NCBI GenBank assembly: GCA_965226555.1
Contig: CBDDDG010000021.1
Location: 320,001-384,000 of the forward strand
Source: Salinispira sp.
GTDB lineage: Bacteria > Spirochaetota > Spirochaetia > DSM-27196 > Salinispiraceae
Length of the DNA: 64,000 nucleotides
Direction: 5' to 3'
Below the pieces are notes generated by a model. The model worked only from the letters and a program-made list of their open reading frames with translations. It did no database searches and was not told where the DNA came from. Of this stretch, positions 53,303 through 64,000 are shown in pieces (within the stretch, counting starts at the first letter, position 1; every line of letters begins with the position of its first letter). Both the position numbers and the translations under genes were made by a program.

Positions 53303-54379
53303 ATGATCGATTTCAAAGAAAAACCCGCCCCCGTTCCCTACGACCAAGGATACCGCTCCCTGCTGTTCCAACCCGCAATAATGCTCCAATTTCTTCAACG
53401 CTTTGTCGGAGGCGCATGGACGAAAAAATTGCGAACCGAGGACATAACCATTGAAAACGGTACCTTTTTCATTGACCATGCGAAAACACGGATGGCCGAC
53501 ATTGTCTGCAAAATCAGAACTCGGGATCACACGGGAGATGTTGCTATCTATGTGCTCCTTGAGCATCAGTCTGGAGTGGACAAAGACATGCCCATCCGCA
53601 TGTCGGAATATACGAATCTGCTCTATAGAAACATTCACCGCTCCGGCGCAATTCCCGATGACTGCGAGTTGGTATTTCTGCCCATTGTGTTCTATAATGG
53701 CACGAGAAAATGGAAGGTGCCGGGGAATGTCAGGGAGCAGAATACGCGGGAATTCCCGCAGTATCTTGCTCCTTTTCCCTACGATCTTATTAGCGAGAGC
53801 GATTATTCTGCGGAGCAGCTGCAGCAGCGGGGAAGAATGTTTGCGGCTGTTATGTACCTTGATCTGTACTCGAAAAATCTGCTGAATACGGATTGGGACA
53901 TTCAGAAGGTGGAGAAAGCGATAGCAGAAATGCTGAATGAGGAATCGCTGGAGCTGATAAAGGAATTTATCGGCGTGGTAGATTCGATGTTCGGAATTGT
54001 TATAGATTTAGATACGTTAATGAATCAATTAGAAAGAACAAAAGAACCGAGAGGTAAGGAGGTAGCGAAAATGTTCAGAATGAATGCGGAAACATTCAGA
54101 GCTCACATTGCGGAGATGGGTCGGCAGGAAGGACTACAGACAGGACTGCGAACAGGTCGACAGGAAGGCCGTGAAGAAGGTCGGCAGGAAGGATTGCAGA
54201 CAGGTCGTGAAGAAGGACTTCAGACAGGACTGCAGAAAGGACTACAGACAGGTCGGCAAGAAGGCATTCGAGAAACGGCCCGCAGTATGTTTTTGGAAGG
54301 GTTGTCGACCGAGGCTGTTCAGAGAATTACCGGGCTGAGCGATGAGGAAATGCGCACATTGCGAAACGGGTCGCATTAA
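53303..54379 (+). CDS. Rpn-family nuclease, copy 2
   Basis: Highly similar to 6196-7284; C-terminal repeat order and number differ. Confidence 0.9.
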   Translation: MIDFKEKPAPVPYDQGYRSLLFQPAIMLQFLQRFVGGAWTKKLRTEDITIENGTFFIDHAKTRMADIVCKIRTRDHTGDVAIYVLLEHQSGVDKDMPIRMSEYTNLLYRNIHRSGAIPDDCELVFLPIVFYNGTRKWKVPGNVREQNTREFPQYLAPFPYDLISESDYSAEQLQQRGRMFAAVMYLDLYSKNLLNTDWDIQKVEKAIAEMLNEESLELIKEFIGVVDSMFGIVIDLDTLMNQLERTKEPRGKEVAKMFRMNAETFRAHIAEMGRQEGLQTGLRTGRQEGREEGRQEGLQTGREEGLQTGLQKGLQTGRQEGIRETARSMFLEGLSTEAVQRITGLSDEEMRTLRNGSH

Positions 54380-54399
54380 GTTGGAACCGCTCTGTCTGC

Positions 54400-54428
54400 T
54401 TGACATGATGTCCCAATGATGCTAAGCT
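54400..54428 (+). promoter_or_regulatory. Sigma70-like promoter of rplU
   Basis: TTGACA-17 bp-TAAGCT. Confidence 0.6.
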
Positions 54429-54482
54429 CGGAAATTATCAACGAAATGTGTTGAAAGCCAAATTTTATCAGGAATTACATTC

Positions 54483-54794
54483 ATGTATGCATTAATAGAT
54501 ATCAGAGGTAAGCAATATCGGGCGGAAAAGGATGCTCTCATTCAGGTCGATAGATTGCATGAGGAAGCAGGGGCGCAAATTACGTTCAATTCTGTTCTTC
54601 TTCTTAATTCCGGGAAGGATGTGAAGGTCGGACTTCCATATGTTAAGGGAGCAAAGGTTACGGCGGAAGTTGTTGAACACCTGCGGGGGAAAAAAATTAC
54701 GGTATTTAAGTATCGCCGCAGAAAAGATTCCATGAGCAAAAATGGCCACCGTTCACATTATTCCATTCTGAAAATAACCGATATCACCATGTGA
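54483..54794 (+). CDS. rplU: 50S ribosomal protein L21
   Basis: MYA.....GKQY, G.PYV.GA.V, K..VFKYRRRK......GHR. Confidence 0.97.
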   Translation: MYALIDIRGKQYRAEKDALIQVDRLHEEAGAQITFNSVLLLNSGKDVKVGLPYVKGAKVTAEVVEHLRGKKITVFKYRRRKDSMSKNGHRSHYSILKITDITM

Positions 54795-54853
54795 ATTGCG
54801 CTATATGTGCGCCATTGTCAGCAGCCCTGAGTTTGCTGCCGCGGATCTTACCT

Positions 54854-55192
54854 ATGATACACTGTGTAATTACGGAATCGTCCGGTGTTCTTCGAAGGCT
54901 TGAATCGAAGGGGCATGCTCATACGGACAGTCGGCAGGGAGCGGTGAGTATTTCCTGCGCTGCCGTCAGCGCGCTTATCAGGAGTCTTGGAATGGCTCTT
55001 GAAAAGCGAAGTGATGTAGAAGTTCGTGTTCATACCCTTTCCCCGGGAAATGTATGTTTTCACATTGTTTCATCAGCGCCGGAATCGCAGGGCTGGCTTC
55101 GGGGTCTTACGGATATGTTTATTCAGGGAATGGAAGGAGTGAAAAACGATTTTCCCGATCAAATTTCCTTTGAGAGAAAAAAATCGATATAA
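54854..55192 (+). CDS. prp: Ribosomal-processing cysteine protease Prp
   Basis: GHA...CAAVS motif; follows rplU. Confidence 0.85.
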   Translation: MIHCVITESSGVLRRLESKGHAHTDSRQGAVSISCAAVSALIRSLGMALEKRSDVEVRVHTLSPGNVCFHIVSSAPESQGWLRGLTDMFIQGMEGVKNDFPDQISFERKKSI

Positions 55193-55198
55193 CCTAAA

Positions 55199-55570
55199 AT
55201 GAGCAACTTCCGTTTTGAAAAAATTACATCCCGTCTTCAGCACCTTCTCAATGAAATCATTGTAAATAATGAGATCAAAGATCATCGGGTGAATAGCCTC
55301 TTAAGCGTCAGCGCCGTTGAGCTTTCCCGCGATGGTTCGCATGCAAAAATTAAGGTAAGCGGGTATCTTGCGAAGAATGACTTAGATGAGGGCATAGTTG
55401 GTCTCAATAGCGCTGCGGGGTATATTCAGAAAATTGTCGCATCGCGTCTTCATACGCGTCGTACCCCAAAACTCACCTTCATAAAAGACGAAGCGCTCAT
55501 TCATGGCATGGAAATATCACAGCGCCTAAAAAAATTATCCGATGATCCTCCCAGCGCTCTACCTCATTAA
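55199..55570 (+). CDS. rbfA: Ribosome-binding factor A
   Basis: IKD.RV, VELS.D.SHAK, L.SAAGYI, R.TPKLTF..D. Confidence 0.93.
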   Translation: MSNFRFEKITSRLQHLLNEIIVNNEIKDHRVNSLLSVSAVELSRDGSHAKIKVSGYLAKNDLDEGIVGLNSAAGYIQKIVASRLHTRRTPKLTFIKDEALIHGMEISQRLKKLSDDPPSALPH

Positions 55571-56468
55571 CAAACCCCCCGGCATAACCAGCTTTCAATT
55601 TCTTTCTCCCATTAAAAAGCGGCTCGGTACAAAAAAAATTGGTCATGCGGGCACGCTCGATAAATTTGCGGAGGGTCTCATGGTGGTTCTGGCAGGGCAG
55701 GCAACACGATTTGCGGAGTATCTTGCGAATCTCGATAAATCGTATTGTGCTGAGCTGAGCTTTGGAGCCGAGACAGATACATTAGACCCTCACGGCAGGG
55801 TTGCGGCTACCGGTCCATTACCGCATAGGGATTCGCTGCTCAGATGCATGAGGCAATTTCAGGGAAAAATAGATCAGACGCCGCCTGAATTTTCTGCCAT
55901 TCACATACAGGGAAAAAGAGCTTATCAACGCGCCCGCTCTGGAGAAGAATTTACGATGCCGACCCGCAGAATACATATATATTCTCTTCGCCTGCTCAAT
56001 TATGATGGTTCTCATGCGTCAATTTCTCTTGAATGCTCGAAGGGAACCTATGTGCGGAGCCTTGCCCGCGATATTGCCCATTGCGCGGGAACCCGGGCTC
56101 ATCTCACACAACTTCAGAGAACCTCCATTGGCGCATTCACCTCACTCAATGCCCTTGATCTTGACGATTTTCTCGCACTCTCGAACGCGGAAATAGGAAA
56201 ACGCCGTATCTGGGGCAGTAAGCTTCTTCAGGCAGTTCCCCATATCCAGAAAATCACAATATCCGATACTATACTGCCGGCTATCAGAAATGGTAAACAA
56301 TTATACCTCTCCGACATTGCCGGCGCATCAGCAGAATTGGAACCTGGCCTCAGCGCCTTAGTGAATAGTTCGGATGACATACAGGCCATTGTTGAAGTGC
56401 CGGAAGATCTTTCATCTGCGCCGGTACGGATAAAATACCGAAGAGTATTTTATACACTTGACATATAG
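55542..56468 (+). CDS. truB: tRNA pseudouridine(55) synthase
   Basis: KP.GITS, GHAGTLD, PP.FSAI...G.RAY, CSKGTYVRSLA.D. Confidence 0.96.
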   Translation: MILPALYLINKPPGITSFQFLSPIKKRLGTKKIGHAGTLDKFAEGLMVVLAGQATRFAEYLANLDKSYCAELSFGAETDTLDPHGRVAATGPLPHRDSLLRCMRQFQGKIDQTPPEFSAIHIQGKRAYQRARSGEEFTMPTRRIHIYSLRLLNYDGSHASISLECSKGTYVRSLARDIAHCAGTRAHLTQLQRTSIGAFTSLNALDLDDFLALSNAEIGKRRIWGSKLLQAVPHIQKITISDTILPAIRNGKQLYLSDIAGASAELEPGLSALVNSSDDIQAIVEVPEDLSSAPVRIKYRRVFYTLDI

Positions 56469-56486
56469 ATTGATTATCATCATAAT
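56458..56486 (+). promoter_or_regulatory. Sigma70-like promoter of rpsO
   Basis: TTGACA-17 bp-CATAAT. Confidence 0.65.
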
Positions 56487-56545
56487 TATTCAGAAATTTT
56501 TATGCGGTAAGATAATTACCGGACGAAAAAAAGGAGTTACAATAC

Positions 56546-56815
56546 ATGCCGCTTTTGAAAACACGGGTGGAGAAAATTATAAAAGAATTTGGAAGTTCTG
56601 AACAAGACTCTGGTAGAACAGAGGTGCAGATTGCTCTTTTACATGAGAGAATCCATGAACTGAATGAGCATCTTCAAACCCATAAAAAAGACCACGCATC
56701 CCGTCGCGGACTGCTTAAGCTTGTCGGACAGCGGCGCAGGCTACTCCGCTATTTAAAGCGGAAAAATCTTGAAAGTTATCGTGCTATTCTTGCAAAATTA
56801 GGTCTGCGAAAATAG
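56546..56815 (+). CDS. rpsO: 30S ribosomal protein S15
   Basis: [33 protein letters not shown]. Confidence 0.98.
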   Translation: MPLLKTRVEKIIKEFGSSEQDSGRTEVQIALLHERIHELNEHLQTHKKDHASRRGLLKLVGQRRRLLRYLKRKNLESYRAILAKLGLRK

Positions 56816-56818
56816 TAC

Positions 56819-57018
56819 AAAGTTTTGCAGAAATAAAATTTTCTGCAAATTGAGAGAATGCTGAGAATAGAAAAAGCATTCCAACCCGGACGTATGGGCA
56901 AGCGGGAGGCGCAGCCTCCGACCAGCCCTCTGAAACCTGCGCGTTACGCAAAAGTTTCATGTAGAAAATTTTGCATTGGAAAATTGTGCGTGCACAATTT
57001 CCAGTAGCAAAAGTTTCA
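56819..57018. repeat. Composite: AT-rich repeat, GC hairpin copy (56885-56928, minus strand), AT-rich repeat
   Basis: Same module types and order as 36534-36714. Confidence 0.85.
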
Positions 57019-57039
57019 TGTACTATCTTAGGAGAACCA

Positions 57040-59328
57040 ATGCATCGTATCGCATTACAAATTGGGGCGGAAACCCTTACTCTTGAAACCGGCAGAATGG
57101 CTAAGCAGGCAAATGGATCTGTATTTGCTACCTTAGGCGAATCTGCTGTTATCGCAACAACCTGTTGCGGATCAGAACCAGTGGAAGGACTCGATTACGT
57201 CCCTCTTTCTGTCGAATATAACGAAAAATATTATGCCGCAGGCAAAATTCCCGGGGGCTTCCTGAAACGGGAAGGGCGCCCGAAGGATAAGGAAATACTT
57301 GTCTCACGCCTCATTGATCGGCCCCTGCGCCCGCTTTTCGACAAGGCATTCGGCAGGGAGATACAGGTTGTTCCAACAGTTATTTCAACCGATATGGTAA
57401 ACCCGCCGGATATACTTGGCATGGTTGCCGCATCGGCTTCTGTTGTTATTTCAGACATTCCCTTCAATGGTCCTGTGGGGGCTGTGCGGGTGAGTCTGAC
57501 GAATGATGAATACATCATTAATCCATCATTCCAGCAAATTTCTCAGAGCACACTGGATATTGTTGTTGCAGGTACTATGGACGGTATTACCATGGTCGAA
57601 GGCGGCGCAAAGGAAGTGAGTGAAGAGCAGATGATTGAGGCCATTGAGAAGGCCCGTCCTGTTATTACACAAATTTGCGAACTTCAGATGGAACTGCAGA
57701 AACTGGCAGGCAAAAGTAAGTTGCCCATTCAGAAGGAAAAAGACGATCTTGAATGCGCCGATGCCATACGCTCGAAAGCGCGAGCGGGAATGGAAAAGGC
57801 CTGTTTTATAAAGGGTAAATTTGAACGGCGTGAAGCCATAAACGCAATTATCCATGAATGCGCCGCCGAATTTGCCGACAAACTTGCGGAAGGGAGCGAA
57901 AAGCAATTTCATGCGATCTTTGAAGATATGGAACAGAGCATTCTCCGCACTTCCATTATTGAAAAAAATCTTCGTGTAGATGGAAGGTCTCCCGTTGACA
58001 TTCGTCCGATACGTGTTGAGAAAGATGTGCTCCCGAGGGCCCATGGTTCGGCCTTGTTTACCAGAGGAGAAACGCAGGCTCTGGCAGTAACAACTCTCGG
58101 TACCGTAAACGATGAGCAGGTTCGGGATGACATTGATGGAGACAGGCGCGAGTCCTTTATGCTCCACTATAACTTTCCCCCATTTAGTGTTGGTGAAACA
58201 GGCCGCCTCGGAACCGGCCGCAGAGAAATTGGTCACGGACATCTTGCCTACAGGGCATTGTCTTCTGTACTGCCGGTAAAGCATGATTTTCCATATACAA
58301 TCCGGATTGTTTCCGAAGTTCTCGAATCAAACGGATCATCATCCATGGCAACAGTCTGCGCCGGTGCGCTCTCCCTCCTCAATGCGGGGGTTCCTGTGAG
58401 CAAGCCGGTCGCCGGTATTGCAATGGGAATGGTTCAGGAAGGTGAAAATACTGTCATACTCAGTGATATTCTTGGAGAAGAGGATCATTTGGGCGATATG
58501 GATTTTAAGGTTGCGGGCACGGAAAATGGAATTACTGCCTTCCAGATGGATATAAAGGTCTCAAATGTCAGCCCTGAAATAATGAAAACAGCGCTTTCTC
58601 AGGCTCGTGAAGGACGTTTGCACATACTTAACATTATGAATGAGCTCATATCGGAACCGCAGACTGAGTTGAGTGAGTATGCTCCCCGTATTATCACCTT
58701 CACTGTCGATGCCGATGTTATCGGAACCCTCATTGGTCCCGGCGGTAAAACAATTAAGAGCGTAAATGAAAAGTATGGAGTCGAAACCAACATTGAAAAC
58801 AGCGGCACCATTACCATCTATTCCACGAATGCGGATGCTGCCCGCAAAGCCAAGGACAGCTTTCTCACTCTCCTAGAAGACCCTGAGGTCGGGAGGGTAT
58901 ACGATGGCGTTGTCAGGCGGATAACCGATTTCGGCGCCTTCATTGAAATACTGCCCGGTAAGGACGGGCTGTGCCACATTTCAAAAATGTCAAAGGAACG
59001 GATTGATAAGGTTGAAGATGTTCTTCAGATGAATCAGCAGGTGAGCGTGCGGGTTATTGAGGTTGATAGAATGGGTCGGGTGAATCTGACAACTCTTATT
59101 GATGAAGATATCAAACCATACCGGAGAGATGACGGCGGGCCGCACCGGAGAGACGGAGGCGGGTCGCACCGAAGAGACGGCGGCGGATCGCATCGGCACG
59201 ATGGCGGCGGTTCACATCGTCGGGATAGCGGACCCTACCGGAGAGATGACGGTGGTTCGCACCGGAGAGATGACGGCTCCTATAACAGACGAAAACCAAA
59301 CCATCGCCCAAGGAATCCGCGAGGCTAG
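57040..59328 (+). CDS. pnp: Polyribonucleotide nucleotidyltransferase
   Basis: ETGRMAKQA.G, GKIPGGF.KREG, RREIGHG, ESNGSSSMA, DMDFKVAG, KH and S1 domains; C-terminal 24-bp repeats. Confidence 0.98.
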   Translation: MHRIALQIGAETLTLETGRMAKQANGSVFATLGESAVIATTCCGSEPVEGLDYVPLSVEYNEKYYAAGKIPGGFLKREGRPKDKEILVSRLIDRPLRPLFDKAFGREIQVVPTVISTDMVNPPDILGMVAASASVVISDIPFNGPVGAVRVSLTNDEYIINPSFQQISQSTLDIVVAGTMDGITMVEGGAKEVSEEQMIEAIEKARPVITQICELQMELQKLAGKSKLPIQKEKDDLECADAIRSKARAGMEKACFIKGKFERREAINAIIHECAAEFADKLAEGSEKQFHAIFEDMEQSILRTSIIEKNLRVDGRSPVDIRPIRVEKDVLPRAHGSALFTRGETQALAVTTLGTVNDEQVRDDIDGDRRESFMLHYNFPPFSVGETGRLGTGRREIGHGHLAYRALSSVLPVKHDFPYTIRIVSEVLESNGSSSMATVCAGALSLLNAGVPVSKPVAGIAMGMVQEGENTVILSDILGEEDHLGDMDFKVAGTENGITAFQMDIKVSNVSPEIMKTALSQAREGRLHILNIMNELISEPQTELSEYAPRIITFTVDADVIGTLIGPGGKTIKSVNEKYGVETNIENSGTITIYSTNADAARKAKDSFLTLLEDPEVGRVYDGVVRRITDFGAFIEILPGKDGLCHISKMSKERIDKVEDVLQMNQQVSVRVIEVDRMGRVNLTTLIDEDIKPYRRDDGGPHRRDGGGSHRRDGGGSHRHDGGGSHRRDSGPYRRDDGGSHRRDDGSYNRRKPNHRPRNPRG

Positions 59329-59345
59329 GGGAACGCAGGGCCATC

Positions 59346-59834
59346 ATGAACGACGAAAGCCGCCCGCAGGAAAATCGGCAGAGAAGCCACCCGCGCATTT
59401 CCATACGCTGCCATGTTTCCGGCGGCGGCCCTGTGCCATTCTACGGAACGCCGTATTCATCGGGCTGTGACATCGCAGTAGCAATTTCACAGCCTGTGAA
59501 TGTTCGCCCCATGGAGCGGGCGCTTCTTCCAACGGGAATCCGCCTAGAAATTCCAGCCGGATACGAGGCCCAGATACGCCTTCGTTCGGGAAAGTCGCTG
59601 AACGGTCTGATCCTGCCCAATGCGCCCGCAACCATTGATGCCGATTACCGCGGTGAAATAAAACTCATATGCGCAAATGTGGGCATTGAACCGATTCTCA
59701 TACAGCCCGGCGAGAAAATTGCCCAACTTGTCTTTGCCCCGGTCGTCCATGCCAATTTTATTGAAGTTGAAAACGAGGAAGATTTACTGAAAAGCACACG
59801 GGGCGGTAAGGGCTTTGGAAGTACCGGATTCTGA
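59346..59834 (+). CDS. dut: dUTP diphosphatase
   Basis: G.D, RSG, TIDADYRGEI, IAQLV, RG..GFGSTG. Confidence 0.95.
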   Translation: MNDESRPQENRQRSHPRISIRCHVSGGGPVPFYGTPYSSGCDIAVAISQPVNVRPMERALLPTGIRLEIPAGYEAQIRLRSGKSLNGLILPNAPATIDADYRGEIKLICANVGIEPILIQPGEKIAQLVFAPVVHANFIEVENEEDLLKSTRGGKGFGSTGF

Positions 59835-59835
59835 C

Positions 59836-61146
59836 ATGACAATTCCCTCAGCTATCGGGCGCAGCCGCGCACCCTATGATAGAAAAATACCATTACCCGG
59901 TCTTATGTTACAGCGCTATATATGCGCGGAATATTTGTTTTCGTTTTTTGTGGCATTTCTGTTTTTCGTTTCCATTTTTTTTGTTAACCAAATACTTGTG
60001 CTCGCCAGAAATCAGTTGGCGGAGATGGTCTCACTGCTGGATACCCTGCGCCTTATTCTCTACGCATTGCCGGCAATTATCGCGCTTGCGGTGCCCTATG
60101 CATCCTTCATTGGTGTTATTCTGGCAATTGGTAAACTCAGCGAGGGTTGCGAGATTCTTGCCGCAAGAGCCAACGGGTTCGGCATATTTACCCTCCTCAT
60201 TCCGGTGTTACTCACTGCGCTGGGGCTCAGCAGTATATCGTTCATGGTTAATGATTATTTACTGCCGGTAAGTACAATGAATTACAGTCGATTTTATCAG
60301 GAATTACTTTACTCAAACCCCCGGCTGGTAATTGAACCCTATGCTATCCGAAAATATGACAATAGCATTCTCATTACCGGCAATGTCGATGATCTGAGTA
60401 TCGATGGTCTTATGATTCTCGACAAAACAAACGATGGCACTGACCGCACAATAAATGCCCGTCAGGCTGAACTGCAGCGCAATGATCGTCAACAGGGAAT
60501 TATCACACTTAAGCTGGAAAATGTGGAAATGTTCAGCATGACCAATTCAATTATCCAAGAGAGTTCCGCGGACTCCATGGAATACAATATCCTCCTTGAA
60601 GACATTGCGCTCAGTGTCGGTAATCCAAGTGTGCGTGAAATGAGTGCCAGAGATGTGCATGGACTCATACAGGAGCAGGAAATAGTCGCGGAAACCCAAT
60701 TCAAAACCGATCTGATGCAGTATGTTAATGCCGCTTCGGCATTCTATATCAATTACTTCGCCCACATAGCCATGGAAAACAGCAATGATCATTCGCAGAT
60801 TTTAGATTATCATAAAAACCTTCCCGAACTTCCCAGGGAGTCCGGATATAATCGCACGCTCAGGTTATATCGGATGGAATTCTGGAAAAAATTTTCCATA
60901 CCCTTTGCAAGCCTGACCTTTATTCTCATAGGATTTCCGCTTGGCCTCACAGCTTTGAAGGTTGGAAGAAATGTCGGTATCTTTACCGGCTTTCTTCTCG
61001 GCGGAATATACTGGGGACTGCTTCTTCTCAATGAGTTTATCGGCATTCGGCTCATTGAGGTTCCGACCTTCTTCATTGCCTTTTCCCCCAATTTTGCAAT
61101 GATTATCGTTGGCATTTTATTGATCCGTCTTTACTTCAAGCACTGA
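59836..61146 (+). CDS. lptF: LptF/LptG-family permease
   Basis: Multi-TM protein, LS...EILA....G motif; first of a tandem pair. Confidence 0.75.
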   Translation: MTIPSAIGRSRAPYDRKIPLPGLMLQRYICAEYLFSFFVAFLFFVSIFFVNQILVLARNQLAEMVSLLDTLRLILYALPAIIALAVPYASFIGVILAIGKLSEGCEILAARANGFGIFTLLIPVLLTALGLSSISFMVNDYLLPVSTMNYSRFYQELLYSNPRLVIEPYAIRKYDNSILITGNVDDLSIDGLMILDKTNDGTDRTINARQAELQRNDRQQGIITLKLENVEMFSMTNSIIQESSADSMEYNILLEDIALSVGNPSVREMSARDVHGLIQEQEIVAETQFKTDLMQYVNAASAFYINYFAHIAMENSNDHSQILDYHKNLPELPRESGYNRTLRLYRMEFWKKFSIPFASLTFILIGFPLGLTALKVGRNVGIFTGFLLGGIYWGLLLLNEFIGIRLIEVPTFFIAFSPNFAMIIVGILLIRLYFKH

Positions 61147-61241
61147 GAAAATCGCTCGCAACGCAAAACTTTCCATTATGTGTATGCAAAGTGTGAGACA
61201 GAATCATACAAATTGTGTATATTAGCGTTCTGAGCTGTTTC

Positions 61242-62339
61242 ATGTCTACGTTGTCGAAGTTATTGCTAATTAATTTTCTTCCGGTATTTATCGGAGCATT
61301 CGCATTTTTTGTTATTCTCATTAACATTGCCGATCTCTTTGTAAGTATTGTCCGATACATTGAAAACGATGTTGCGTTTCTGAACATCCTCCAGCTTCAA
61401 TATCTCTTTTTACCCCAATGTATGGTATTTGCGCTCCCAATTGCGCTCCTCTTTTCTGTATCGTATTCCATGGGAATGCTGTATTCCAATAATGAAACAA
61501 TCGCAATTTTCGGGAGCGGAATCAGTCTGAAGCAATTTATCACTCCCCTGATCATAATTGCAGTGTTCCTGAGCGTCGCTCTTTTTCTTACACAGAATTA
61601 TCTTGCTATCCCCCTGTTAAAAGATAAGGATACCCTGAGTCAGCAGTTGCTGAGAAATCAACCAATTAATCTTGATCAATCCGATGTGAACATTCAGACA
61701 GAAAGCGGGAGGGTAATTTACAGCGCGGGATATTACGACAGCGCTGACAATAAGCTCACCGATGTAACAGTCATTATCCGCGATGAGAATAGGGCGATAC
61801 TCACTCACATTGCAGCTGAATGGGCGCTGTGGGAGGATGAAAAATGGCAATTTTATGAAGTAACATATATTACCCGTCTTCCGGCATCAGATAATGCTGA
61901 GAGTTCCGACTTTGTTATAGAGGAACATGCCGTGCATTCACAGGACGATGTGAACCTTCTTCCTGAAAATTTCCAAAACCAATTTGGCGAAATTGAAGAA
62001 ATGGATATTACAGAGGCGCGGAACTATGTGCGGTTTCTCCGAAACAGCGGATTTCCCTTCAGAGAAGAGCTCACAAAATATCATGAGCGCTATTCATTCG
62101 CATTAACGCCCCTCATTGTTACCCTGCTTTCTGTGGCAATTGGCGGAAGGTACCGGAAAAACATTCTGGGCATGAGCCTTCTGGTTTCACTCAGCCTTTC
62201 AATTGTGTATTACTGCATTCAATTATTGTCTGGTCTTCTTGCCACCGTCGGCGCTCTCGACAGCATTGTCGGCGCGTGGGCAGGAACACTTCTTACCGGA
62301 AGCAGCGCGATGTATCTGCTGAATAAGGCCAAAACCTAG
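61242..62339 (+). CDS. lptG: LptF/LptG-family permease
   Basis: LP.......LP.A.L, L..NNE..A...SGIS motif; second of the pair. Confidence 0.75.
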   Translation: MSTLSKLLLINFLPVFIGAFAFFVILINIADLFVSIVRYIENDVAFLNILQLQYLFLPQCMVFALPIALLFSVSYSMGMLYSNNETIAIFGSGISLKQFITPLIIIAVFLSVALFLTQNYLAIPLLKDKDTLSQQLLRNQPINLDQSDVNIQTESGRVIYSAGYYDSADNKLTDVTVIIRDENRAILTHIAAEWALWEDEKWQFYEVTYITRLPASDNAESSDFVIEEHAVHSQDDVNLLPENFQNQFGEIEEMDITEARNYVRFLRNSGFPFREELTKYHERYSFALTPLIVTLLSVAIGGRYRKNILGMSLLVSLSLSIVYYCIQLLSGLLATVGALDSIVGAWAGTLLTGSSAMYLLNKAKT

Positions 62340-62348
62340 GAAGCATGA

Positions 62349-64000
<1,652 letters not shown>

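Overview
Chromosomal window from a spirochaete (it carries the cfpA cluster and a Treponema-like gene order). A host-associated lifestyle is inferred from its repeat-rich adhesin-like lipoproteins. Core content: 3' part of 23S rRNA, 5S rRNA, four tRNAs (Gln, Asp, Val, Phe), rbsD/rbsC, tsaD, apt, carAB, ppdK-like/cfpA, flhG-like, cimA, alaS, fliG-like, rimP-nusA-infB and rplU-prp-rbfA-truB-rpsO-pnp-dut-lptF-lptG-tgt-murJ. Accessory content: five surface lipoprotein genes (2 FN3+DUF285, 2 GY-repeat/WSDG-repeat, 1 FG-GAP), three Rpn (PD-(D/E)XK) nuclease genes each downstream of a lipoprotein gene, two IS5-family elements plus a fragment, and one IS481-like element with a 17-bp target duplication. 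Main leads: (1) a ~42-bp GC-rich hairpin element at 8 loci, with CCGGGG/CGGGG duplications at two sites, inserted in frame in a transposase and found at IS breakpoints; (2) a repeated lipoprotein-Rpn cassette with domain shuffling, a poly-G frameshift and an internal RpnS-like start; (3) IF-2 with a ~520-aa C-terminal repeat tail; (4) a candidate sRNA with three anti-Shine-Dalgarno loops; (5) an AT-rich palindromic intergenic repeat family. All calls were made by eye; no database searches were run.
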